IMG/VR virus record: IMGVR_UViG_3300025848_001656
Coordinates: 1 to 28,386 of that record
Direction: 5' to 3' (one strand)
Length of the DNA stretch: 28,386 nt
Source of the DNA: a virus
Lineage: Duplodnaviria; Caudoviricetes
Position 1 is the stretch's first letter; each line of letters opens with the position of its first letter. This document shows positions 6,360 to 14,718 of the stretch, piece by piece. Under the pieces are notes generated by a model, which was given only the letters and a program-made list of their open reading frames with translations, searched no databases and was not told where the DNA came from. A program made the translations under genes and the position numbers.

Positions 6360-8602
6360 TGACGCAGTAATTGAGCTTCCGCAGTTGCATTCGCCCGCTG
6401 GATATCAGCGGTTGTCTTCGCGTTTCGACGGGCCAAATCAGCCTGAGTCTTGACGTTCTGACGCTGAATATTTGCCATAGTCTCGGCGTTCTGGCGAGCG
6501 ATTTTCGCCTGAATCTCAGCGTTGAGAACCATCGTCTTCGGATCGACTCCCTGCTGGATCGCAGCCGCTTGCTGCTGCATCGCCATCGCTTGAGCTTGCT
6601 CACTGACCAACTGACCAAGCTGCTGGATTGTGTCGTTGAGCATACCAAGCTGCTGCGCGTAAGCATCGACCTGCGGACGACGAGTCGGATCAAGTGACAA
6701 CCTCTGGAGATGCTCTTGAACGTGCTGAAGAATGCCCTGCAAGAACAACATGACCTCCTGCGGATTGGCCCCCTGCTGAAGACTGCCAGCAGCCTCATTG
6801 GCAGCACCGAGATGCGTCTCGACATGGATGACATGGTTCTGCGTGTCCGTGACAACAGCGAGGTTGCCCTGGCGCAACGAGGAGTGTTCGAGGACGGCCA
6901 GAGCAGCTTGATCCTGAGCCTTCGCGTTCGGAATCGAAGTCGGCAGATACCGATCCACCATCTGCTGACCAACCTGAGCGGCGATGTAGTCCTGCAAGAG
7001 ATTGATCTTGCCGCCTTCGGGGAGAGAACCAAGCAGACCGAGAAGCGATCCGAGAAGCTGCTGCTTAGCGAACTGAGATCCTTGGCCCACAGTCCGAGTC
7101 GCCTCGACGTAATCCAAATCAAGCATGGCTTGATCAGGAACACCGCGCTCACGACAACGACGCTGGAACTCGATGGCATCGCGATCACTCTTCGTGATCG
7201 AATTCAGGTTCGGATTGGAAGCACGACGGAAACGCTCCTCGAAGAAAGCATCAAGCTGATTGTAATACCGGCTCAGTTGGGTCTTACCAATCGCGCTTTG
7301 CTGCGAGACAATCGCCTGTATTTCGGTCGCGGTGCGCGGGTTTCCTTGAGGCTTGTTGAGGGATTGCCGGTACTGCGAGAGATTCCCTTGGAGGACATTT
7401 TCGAGGTCGGCGTTGACCGCCATAGGCGCGTCCAGAACGCCCGCAACATTTTGCTGAATGACATCATAATCGGGCGGAACAATCGCGTACGGACCCTGCT
7501 GCACGACACTCGTCTTGCTCAGGGCATTCGGGTTGAGAGGCTTGAAAAGGATCTGCGTCCGAGCGAACGCACTGTCCACCATCGAGCAGCGAAGACGATT
7601 CTTCAGCTCCATCGCCTGAAGCATCTTGATGCCCAAGCCCTTCACGCCGTGATGCTCGCCATCACCACGGTCGTAATACATCGGATGAATCACCTGCTCC
7701 CACTTGGAGAACCGGCGCAACTTCCGATACATGAAGTCCTCGCTGTCACGCTCATCGATGATGCAATGGCTGATCTTCCCATCGAACTCCTTATAGAAGA
7801 CATGGGCCATCATCACCACTTCGGAACGAGCCGAGAACGTGATGTCGTTTGAGCGAAGCTGACGCTGGAAGAACTCCCAATCGTACTGCACACCGGAGCG
7901 ATACGGTTCAGGCATCGCAGCGCGGATACGCTGCCTCACATAATCGACATTCCAACCGGCAGCACGGGCAGCTTCCTCGTCCTGAATCTTCTCGAACAGA
8001 TCATCGACGCCCATGCGGACGCGAACGACAGCCACCTTCCAGTCGCTCACGTTGGACTTGGTACCGTCAGGAACCAAAAGATCCGTGGCGAGGATCGCCT
8101 TGCATCGCCAGTTATTTGAATCCTCGAATATCAGCGGACCATGACCGATCAAGACCATCTCACGCTGCGAAAGCTGCATGATGTAGTCGAAATCCTTGTC
8201 GAGCTTCTGGAGGCGGTCGAACTCCTCGGTGATGATCTTCGACCATTCCTCGCGCTTATCGATGTCGTTGCCGTAAGCAGTCTTGATCGTCGCGTAGGTC
8301 GGCACCTCGGCGAACACATCGTAGAAGGCAGACATGGCCAACGTCAGGAACGCTTCCGATTCACGGAAGTTCACGTTGGTTCGGAACGCCTGGTTGTTCC
8401 GCCTCAGTTCCGCAGGGTTGTACGGAGGATTACCGTCAACAAGACCACGCAGCTTGGCTCGCGTGTTGTTCCGAAGCTCGTCGGCCATGATGAGCTTCTG
8501 GAAAATTTCACGAGCTGACGCTGCATCCTCAATGCGCGTATCGGGTGCCGTCCCGTTCTCGTTGAGCGTCTGAAGAGGCAGTTGAGCTATTGATCCGTAC
8601 AT
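6356..8602 (-). CDS. Portal protein (748 aa, P22-like with Gln-rich C-terminal barrel)
   Basis: Size, position after the terminase, helical composition, RTATE motif common in podoviral portals, and a Q/A-rich coiled-coil tail. Confidence 0.8.
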   Translation of the reverse strand: MYGSIAQLPLQTLNENGTAPDTRIEDAASAREIFQKLIMADELRNNTRAKLRGLVDGNPPYNPAELRRNNQAFRTNVNFRESEAFLTLAMSAFYDVFAEVPTYATIKTAYGNDIDKREEWSKIITEEFDRLQKLDKDFDYIMQLSQREMVLIGHGPLIFEDSNNWRCKAILATDLLVPDGTKSNVSDWKVAVVRVRMGVDDLFEKIQDEEAARAAGWNVDYVRQRIRAAMPEPYRSGVQYDWEFFQRQLRSNDITFSARSEVVMMAHVFYKEFDGKISHCIIDERDSEDFMYRKLRRFSKWEQVIHPMYYDRGDGEHHGVKGLGIKMLQAMELKNRLRCSMVDSAFARTQILFKPLNPNALSKTSVVQQGPYAIVPPDYDVIQQNVAGVLDAPMAVNADLENVLQGNLSQYRQSLNKPQGNPRTATEIQAIVSQQSAIGKTQLSRYYNQLDAFFEERFRRASNPNLNSITKSDRDAIEFQRRCRERGVPDQAMLDLDYVEATRTVGQGSQFAKQQLLGSLLGLLGSLPEGGKINLLQDYIAAQVGQQMVDRYLPTSIPNAKAQDQAALAVLEHSSLRQGNLAVVTDTQNHVIHVETHLGAANEAAGSLQQGANPQEVMLFLQGILQHVQEHLQRLSLDPTRRPQVDAYAQQLGMLNDTIQQLGQLVSEQAQAMAMQQQAAAIQQGVDPKTMVLNAEIQAKIARQNAETMANIQRQNVKTQADLARRNAKTTADIQRANATAEAQLLRQ
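6359..6508 (-). repeat. 11-aa (33-bp) degenerate repeat at the portal C-terminus
   Basis: AKIARQNAETM / ANIQRQNVKTQ / ADLARRNAKTT / ADIQRANATAE / AQLLRQ. Confidence 0.75.
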
Positions 8603-9204
8603 GGTCTTTTTTTCCAGCAGTGGGCCGGAAGGTTCTTGTTCTCCGCAGAGTCTGTGAATTTATGGAGGGTTTCAATGGGAAACCAAACCATGCTTCTGAT
8701 AAAACAACCGCAAAATTCGCAGCTTTTCAGCGCGTCGTCGTAAGGCGTAGACCCGTGAGCAGACAACACCTTTACCGTCTCTTTTATGACACGGTTATTG
8801 CACGAACTGCACCCATGCGGTTGCCGGTTGTAGATGCAAGACGCACAGATAGCTGCCCTTTTTGTAGCTTCGTGCGGAGCAACCTTACCACCACCGATGG
8901 TAAGACCGTGGGCCAAGCTCATGCTGAATCTCACGACATCACCGATCTGAAACGATCTGGTGCCTTTGACTTGAGGGATCTCGACATCGTTATAGCTGCA
9001 CTCGACACCCCTTTTGCATGAAAATTCCACCAATAATTCTTCCAAATTGTCAGGAATCTTTATGGCGTTCGACTTGTAGTGGTCCTGAACAAAAGTGATC
9101 AGTTGCTGCCATGAACTTGCAATAATCTCGATTCCGGTCTCTGGAACCCGATAAAGCCAGTTTCCCGGTGGAACAACATGAGTATTCAGTAGCTTGTAGC
9201 CCAT
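8587..9204 (-). CDS. Cys-rich putative metal-binding protein (205 aa)
   Basis: 11 Cys, including R..ICASC, CSSC, CEFCGC and P.HCW; coupled between terminase and portal. Confidence 0.75.
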   Translation of the reverse strand: MGYKLLNTHVVPPGNWLYRVPETGIEIIASSWQQLITFVQDHYKSNAIKIPDNLEELLVEFSCKRGVECSYNDVEIPQVKGTRSFQIGDVVRFSMSLAHGLTIGGGKVAPHEATKRAAICASCIYNRQPHGCSSCNNRVIKETVKVLSAHGSTPYDDALKSCEFCGCFIRSMVWFPIETLHKFTDSAENKNLPAHCWKKRPCTDQ

Positions 9205-9206
9205 AA

Positions 9207-10880
9207 CTAGATGTCGTGGTAAATCATGTCAGATTCGGCGACGAGCTTTTCCCATATCTTATCGGTCTTAGTCCTCCTCGGCTCGAACTGAACAGTTTTC
9301 CTCACCAGATCGAGCAAAACGACAGCCGCATCAGCCAAGTCGGGTGATCGCCCTGTCCTCTGCTTCATCACGGTCTTTGATTCGACCGCGATCTTGCGCT
9401 TGCCGTCATCGAACATCCGCGAGCAGAACTCTTGCATCGTCTCAAGATCAAGACCTCCGATCCGCTCTTCAACGACCCATTTCCGCATCGAAAACCAAAG
9501 CTCAGTCACCTTCCGATCATAAGCCTCATTGCATGGCCTACTGTCCTCGTCGCTGACAGGAATCGTCGATGGTGAACCGCCGAATTCGACGCGATGTACG
9601 ATGCCCCATTCACGGGTCAAAATGTCGGCCAATCCACCGCCTTCACCGCTTGAATCAAGAGCGAACCTGTCCGGTTGGATTCCCCTCTTGATGCACTCCT
9701 CCTTGACCCGGTTGGCGATCTGGTAATGGACAGGATCGGGCAATGCCGCGTTCGGAGAAATTTGGATGATGTCACCAAACAAGATGCTGGCCTTGTCGTT
9801 GGCTGTGCCGACCTTGGCGAACCGCAGAATACATCTGTCGCCACCGAAACCGGGGTCAAGAGCAGCGACTTCCTGAGCATTTGAGGTGAAAATCAGCTTC
9901 TTATGAGGCGAATGAGTCTCGACCAATGCTTCGGACAAGACGGTTTTGACCATTCCGTCAGGAGCCCAAAATCCGCGTGTGTACTTCCAAAATGTGGGGC
10001 TTTGCTCACCCTCATGTCGCATAGCGGATAACACCTGATCATGCGTTATAAGGTATGAATACTTGGTCCGACCTTCGCTGATGTTCGGACTCTTCATGCC
10101 GTCGAATCGACAGCACATCCCGCGTTCAGTCAGCCAAAACTGGTCTTCAATCGTCACACTTCGCCAACCCTTTGCCGGTGTGCAGAATCTGCCGTGTGGA
10201 TCGAACTTTGATGCAGGGTTTCCGATCACCAGCATCTTGAACTCGCGACAACCTTTCGAGAGGTTCGTACACGCCTCGAACGCCGCTTCTGGCGTATCCG
10301 TAGCCTCGTCGATGATGACCATCACCCGGTCAGCGTGGATACCTTGAATGTTGGCCACCGCCTTCGATGTGTTTCCCTCGGCTACGGCAACGGCTGAGAT
10401 CGAATGGCGATCATCCCCTTTGACCGCTTGGAGGCTCATCTTCGAGTCCACCATGTTGCCAGGGAATCCACGGGTTGTACGGGTCAGATCCTGAAGGTTG
10501 GCCCACATACGTTTTCGGATCATCTTCGCCGTCGTGGACGTAAGGACGACTGCTGTCTTGGATGGATTAGCCAACCACCAAACGGTCGCGAAAAGTGTAG
10601 CCCCAAATGTCTTACCGGACGCACCGCAACCGGCCCATCCAACGTAATCGTGGTCGCAAAGACTTTCGATCTGTTTTTCCAGCCACGGGTTCCAGCTCAT
10701 CTTCGGCCATAACATTTTCGTGGCGTTACGAAAATGATCGAAAGTGCCGAGTCCACCCTCACTTGGCTGAAGCCGATTGCGAAAACAGTAAAGTTCCAAC
10801 TCCAAATCCGGTATTTTGACCGGCGATTTGATGCCGTACTTGTGTTGGATCATTGGATTCTCGGACACCTCTGAAGACAT
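9207..10880 (-). CDS. terL: Terminase large subunit
   Basis: Walker A GCGASGKT, Walker B MVIIDEA, coupling motif IGNP, nuclease motifs ALDPGFGGD and SPDLADA. Confidence 0.93.
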   Translation of the reverse strand: MSSEVSENPMIQHKYGIKSPVKIPDLELELYCFRNRLQPSEGGLGTFDHFRNATKMLWPKMSWNPWLEKQIESLCDHDYVGWAGCGASGKTFGATLFATVWWLANPSKTAVVLTSTTAKMIRKRMWANLQDLTRTTRGFPGNMVDSKMSLQAVKGDDRHSISAVAVAEGNTSKAVANIQGIHADRVMVIIDEATDTPEAAFEACTNLSKGCREFKMLVIGNPASKFDPHGRFCTPAKGWRSVTIEDQFWLTERGMCCRFDGMKSPNISEGRTKYSYLITHDQVLSAMRHEGEQSPTFWKYTRGFWAPDGMVKTVLSEALVETHSPHKKLIFTSNAQEVAALDPGFGGDRCILRFAKVGTANDKASILFGDIIQISPNAALPDPVHYQIANRVKEECIKRGIQPDRFALDSSGEGGGLADILTREWGIVHRVEFGGSPSTIPVSDEDSRPCNEAYDRKVTELWFSMRKWVVEERIGGLDLETMQEFCSRMFDDGKRKIAVESKTVMKQRTGRSPDLADAAVVLLDLVRKTVQFEPRRTKTDKIWEKLVAESDMIYHDI

Positions 10881-10934
10881 AGATTACCCTTGCAATAATT
10901 GACTCTGGACTTGAGGTTCTGGCAAAGGAAAAAT

Positions 10935-12140
10935 ATGCCGTCGCAACTTGTTTCTTCAACCGGCTGCTGCCAGCCTTGCGACTCTGATCCAGTTGTCGTG
11001 AACGTCCCCGGCCCTCAAGGACCGGCTGGAACCAATGGAACCAACGGCACCAATGGCGAGAACGCTTTCTGCTACACCACCGCTCCGTTCCTTGTTCCGC
11101 CGCTTGGTGGGTTCGTTTATGTCACGGTAACAAGCTCTTCGTTTCTTCCTGAGAGTATTCAGGGACAGTTTTTCGTGTCTGTCCAAGGCTGCGGTTATAT
11201 GCAGGTCTTGGATGTCGTTGGACTGACGATTGCCCTTGGAAATCCTGCTGCTGGTATTCTTGGTATTCCGAACGCGATTCCCACCACTCCGATCCCTTCT
11301 GGATCGCTTATCACTCTCGCTGGTGCAGTCGGGGCGCAGGGCGCACCCGGAGTTTCTGGCGGTGCGCCGGTCGGAGCTTCCTACATCTGCCGCAGCGGAG
11401 ATGGAACGCTGACCAACGAGACCGCTCTTGATCTGCTTACCGCAGGTTACATGAAGACCGCCGGTTCTGGTGGTGCTGGAGTCATCTCGACGACGGCCAC
11501 AATCCCCGTTGCGGATATCACTGGAACGCTTCCGATTGCGAAGGGTGGGACGAACCTGACGACCGCTCCTGCCAACAAGATTCTAGTTGGTGACGGAACC
11601 AACTACCTACAGAAGGAAATTGTCGGAACGGCTCCGATTGTAGTTACGAACACGGCGGGAAACATCACGCTGTCCGCCCCGTCGATTGTTCCGTTCAGCT
11701 ACGTCACGTTTACGCGGAGGGTGACTGGTATTGGAGCGGCTAACGCTCCTTTTTTGGTAGGAACTACGACGACGAATCCATTCAGTCTTACAACCTATCC
11801 ATTGGCATCTTATGCCGGAATTGATACGGCATCTGCATTTAACGCTACTCTTGGTCGGTTTGTTGTCCCGTACACCGGATACTACACCATTGATGTTGTA
11901 CTTAATCTTGACGCTAACACAACGACAGCCTCGGTGCGTGTTTTTATTAGAAAAACAGGATCTGATCTAATTGCATCATTTCCTTTTAATGTAACAAACT
12001 CTGGTTTTCAGCCAATATCAATGAACTACGTTGATAACGCGACTTCGACTTCTGATTTTTACGAAATATTTATTAGCACTACGCACGACCTTTACGTTGA
12101 TCAGGGTTCTTCTTTCTCAGTCCAGCGCATCCAAGCCTAA
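10935..12140 (+). CDS. Tail fibre/spike-like protein with short collagen repeats and a C1q/TNF-like C-terminal domain
   Basis: ATG 10935 follows AAGGA. Contains GPQGPAGTNGTNGTNGEN, GTLPIAKGGT (fibre motif) and FNATLGRFVVPYTGYY (C1q-like). Confidence 0.7.
   Translation: MPSQLVSSTGCCQPCDSDPVVVNVPGPQGPAGTNGTNGTNGENAFCYTTAPFLVPPLGGFVYVTVTSSSFLPESIQGQFFVSVQGCGYMQVLDVVGLTIALGNPAAGILGIPNAIPTTPIPSGSLITLAGAVGAQGAPGVSGGAPVGASYICRSGDGTLTNETALDLLTAGYMKTAGSGGAGVISTTATIPVADITGTLPIAKGGTNLTTAPANKILVGDGTNYLQKEIVGTAPIVVTNTAGNITLSAPSIVPFSYVTFTRRVTGIGAANAPFLVGTTTTNPFSLTTYPLASYAGIDTASAFNATLGRFVVPYTGYYTIDVVLNLDANTTTASVRVFIRKTGSDLIASFPFNVTNSGFQPISMNYVDNATSTSDFYEIFISTTHDLYVDQGSSFSVQRIQA
11010..11063 (+). repeat. 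Collagen-like Gly-X-Y x6, including a 9-bp tandem GGNACCAAY x3
   Basis: ggaaccaat ggaaccaac ggcaccaat from position 11028. Confidence 0.8.
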
Positions 12141-12143
12141 ACG

Positions 12144-14000
12144 ATGAGCGAACGCGCACCAAGACGCTACACCGATGGAACCGTCACCTTCGAGGGCGGC
12201 ATCGATACGGGCGTTATGCCGTCCGAGATCGACAAGAATCAGGTCGCTTTCGCCATCAATTCTTCTTTCCGCGAAGGATTCGTTTCTCCACGCCCAGGGT
12301 ACGTTCAAAAAGACTACGACATCTGTCTGACTATTACGGCAGATAATGCCATCGTCACCGCCGATGCAACGAATGTCACCGCTGACGGATGGTCGGAGGA
12401 ATGCTACGGACCCGATGAAATCGGTGGCGTCTTTCAATGCGCTCTTCCGTACATCGCCGACAATGGGCGCACCTACATTCTGGCCCTCATCAGCGGTGAA
12501 GTTTGGCTGTATGACACCCAGCTAAACACGTTCATCAATCTCAGCACCACGGACGACCTCAAGAACCCGTCCAACCTGCTCGATGGATGGATGGTTCAGG
12601 CCGAGAACTTCGTCGTCATCCAAGACGGCTTCTCCAAGCCTCTCATCTTCAACGGAGCCAATCTTCGCAGGGCTGAGGACAACGAGATCAAGTGCGGCAG
12701 AGTCATGGCCTACGTCAACGGACGCATCTGGTATGCGCTCCCTGACGGCTTCTCTTTTCGAGCCACAGACATCGTTTATGGAGATGGAACGCGGGCCAGT
12801 GTTCTCAAAGAAACCGAGAACACCTTCCTCAATGAGGGCGGAGACTTCGCGGTTCCGTCGGACTCAGGCGGCATCACGGCGATGGCCGTCCCCGGCGATC
12901 CTGATACCTCGCTCGGCCAAGGTCCGCTCCTAGTATTCACTCCTAGATACGTCTTCTCCGTACAGGCTCCGGTCAATCGGGATACTTGGAAGAACCTTAC
13001 CTACCCGATCCAAGCGATCAGCCTTCTTACCTCCGGTGCGTTGGGATCGCGTTCAGCCATTACCGTCAATGGCGACGTCTTCTACCGCGCTGTCGATGGC
13101 ATCCGCTCGTTCATCATCGCTCGACGCTCATTCACCGATTGGGGCAATACACCCATCAGCGGTGAGATCGTGAACATCGTCGAGAACGATCAAACCAATC
13201 TCTTGTGGTCAGGTTCCGCAGTCGTGTTCGACAACCGTCTGCTGATGACCACGCAGCCTGTCTATGACAACGATGGTGTTTATCATCGCGCTCTTGGTGT
13301 TCTCGATTTTGATCTCATCACCTCGATGCGGAAGAAAATGCCGCCCTCCTGGGCCGGGATTTGGACAGGACTGAAGATCCTTCAAATCGTTAAAACCGAG
13401 AATATTTACGGTGATCAGTGCTGGATCTTTGCTCGTGGCGAGAACGGAAACATTCAGCTCTGGGAAGTCACGAAGTCCGGCAAGTTCGATGTCAACCTGT
13501 CCGAGTCGAAGGAGATCCAGTGGTTGTTCCAGACTCGTGCATACAACTTCGAGATTCCGTTCGGTTTGAAGCGTCTCGATAGCGGAGACATCTTCATCGA
13601 TCAGCTTGAAGGAGACGTCTCGTTTGAGGCGAAGTACAAGCCGGACCAATACCCTGGTTGGATCGAGTGGGCCGAATGGTCGGAGTGCGCTCGCGTAAAC
13701 CTTTGCGGGTTCCCGTCGTCTTGTTTGCCGATCACCAATTATCAGCCGCAGTACAGGCCGAAGATGCGCTTGCCTACGCCGTCTGATACTGTGTGCAATT
13801 CGACCATCAGTACTCCGACACGGAATCTTTTCGAGGTTCAGATGCAGCTTTTGGTGACTGGCTATTGCCGCATCAAGAGTGTGCGAGTCCACGCTTACGA
13901 TGTTCAGGAGCAGGTGGTTGGCGATTGCAGATCCGTCAGTGTTCCTTGCTCCATCTTAGAATCGTGTGACCTGAATATGTTCTTCTACTCATCGGAATAG
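12144..14000 (+). CDS. Probable tail nozzle / DNA stabilisation protein (tail tubular B, P22 gp10-like)
   Basis: 618 aa, beta-rich propeller-like; N-terminal F.GG...N......G....RPG pattern; position in the tail operon. Confidence 0.7.
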   Translation: MSERAPRRYTDGTVTFEGGIDTGVMPSEIDKNQVAFAINSSFREGFVSPRPGYVQKDYDICLTITADNAIVTADATNVTADGWSEECYGPDEIGGVFQCALPYIADNGRTYILALISGEVWLYDTQLNTFINLSTTDDLKNPSNLLDGWMVQAENFVVIQDGFSKPLIFNGANLRRAEDNEIKCGRVMAYVNGRIWYALPDGFSFRATDIVYGDGTRASVLKETENTFLNEGGDFAVPSDSGGITAMAVPGDPDTSLGQGPLLVFTPRYVFSVQAPVNRDTWKNLTYPIQAISLLTSGALGSRSAITVNGDVFYRAVDGIRSFIIARRSFTDWGNTPISGEIVNIVENDQTNLLWSGSAVVFDNRLLMTTQPVYDNDGVYHRALGVLDFDLITSMRKKMPPSWAGIWTGLKILQIVKTENIYGDQCWIFARGENGNIQLWEVTKSGKFDVNLSESKEIQWLFQTRAYNFEIPFGLKRLDSGDIFIDQLEGDVSFEAKYKPDQYPGWIEWAEWSECARVNLCGFPSSCLPITNYQPQYRPKMRLPTPSDTVCNSTISTPTRNLFEVQMQLLVTGYCRIKSVRVHAYDVQEQVVGDCRSVSVPCSILESCDLNMFFYSSE

Positions 14001-14001
14001 T

Positions 14002-14718
14002 ATGCCAAACCTAACTCTCATTCAGCTTACGCCGCCAAATTTCCCGCTGAACTATTGTCCGGCGAATTATCAGGCGTTCGCCAACGACATCATCAGCGGC
14101 ACACAGGCGACGTTCCTTTCTTCGATTGGAAACTCGTTCTTCAACTTTGGATCGACTGTTCCATCGTTGAATAACCAGATTTATCCGTGGCTCGATGCCG
14201 ATGGGAACTGGTGGGTGTACCAAGGCGGATTCTGGGCGCGAAAGCATCCGGTTGAAATCAACAGCAATGAACGCCGCATTTTCATCGGAACAACCACCGA
14301 CCTGCAAACTTATGACGGCGGAAACACCAATCCCGCTTCAAGTTACAGCGGACCAATGTGGGAGGTGGACACTAACTTTGCGGCGCGGTTTCCTGTTGGA
14401 GTTGGGACTTTTGCCGCAAGCGGTGTTGTTTCGGTACAGGGAACGACTACCTCTACAGCGGTTGCTGGCGAAGATCAGCACACTCTGAATGTTTCTGAGA
14501 TCCCTTCTCACAACCATCAGACCATTGATCAGTATTACAACCTGACTCAGCGCGGATCTGCTGACACCAAGGCTTTCAGTCCCGATAATCGTGGCGAAGG
14601 AACCGCGAACATTCTTGCTACGACAACCGCTGGTGGTGGTGCCGCCCACAACAATCTGCCTCCGTTCTACGGCGTTTACTTCATCAAGCGGACGGCCCGA
14701 GTCTATTACACCAAATGA
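14002..14718 (+). CDS. Tail collar/short-fibre (baseplate gp10/gp12 C-terminal-like) protein
   Basis: RFPVGVG, GEDQHTLNVSEIPSHNH and GGGAAHNNLPPFYGVYFIKR motifs. Confidence 0.8.
   Translation: MPNLTLIQLTPPNFPLNYCPANYQAFANDIISGTQATFLSSIGNSFFNFGSTVPSLNNQIYPWLDADGNWWVYQGGFWARKHPVEINSNERRIFIGTTTDLQTYDGGNTNPASSYSGPMWEVDTNFAARFPVGVGTFAASGVVSVQGTTTSTAVAGEDQHTLNVSEIPSHNHQTIDQYYNLTQRGSADTKAFSPDNRGEGTANILATTTAGGGAAHNNLPPFYGVYFIKRTARVYYTK

Noticed and set aside
6322-7188. 288-aa same-strand alternative-frame ORF inside the portal 3' half
   Set aside because: Its S/R/L-rich composition is what a frame shift of Gln/Ala codons produces; no slippery site or start signal was noticed.
6710-7852. 380-aa + strand ORF antisense to the portal (similarly 1565-2200, 2985-3698, 4464-5042, 13209-13892, 14706-15452, 20031-20756, 25774-26460)
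   Set aside because: Shadow ORFs lying opposite well-supported genes; explained by codon bias, with no motifs and unnatural composition.
11720-12140. Diversity-generating retroelement target in the fibre tip
   Set aside because: No reverse transcriptase and no second template-like copy seen in the window.
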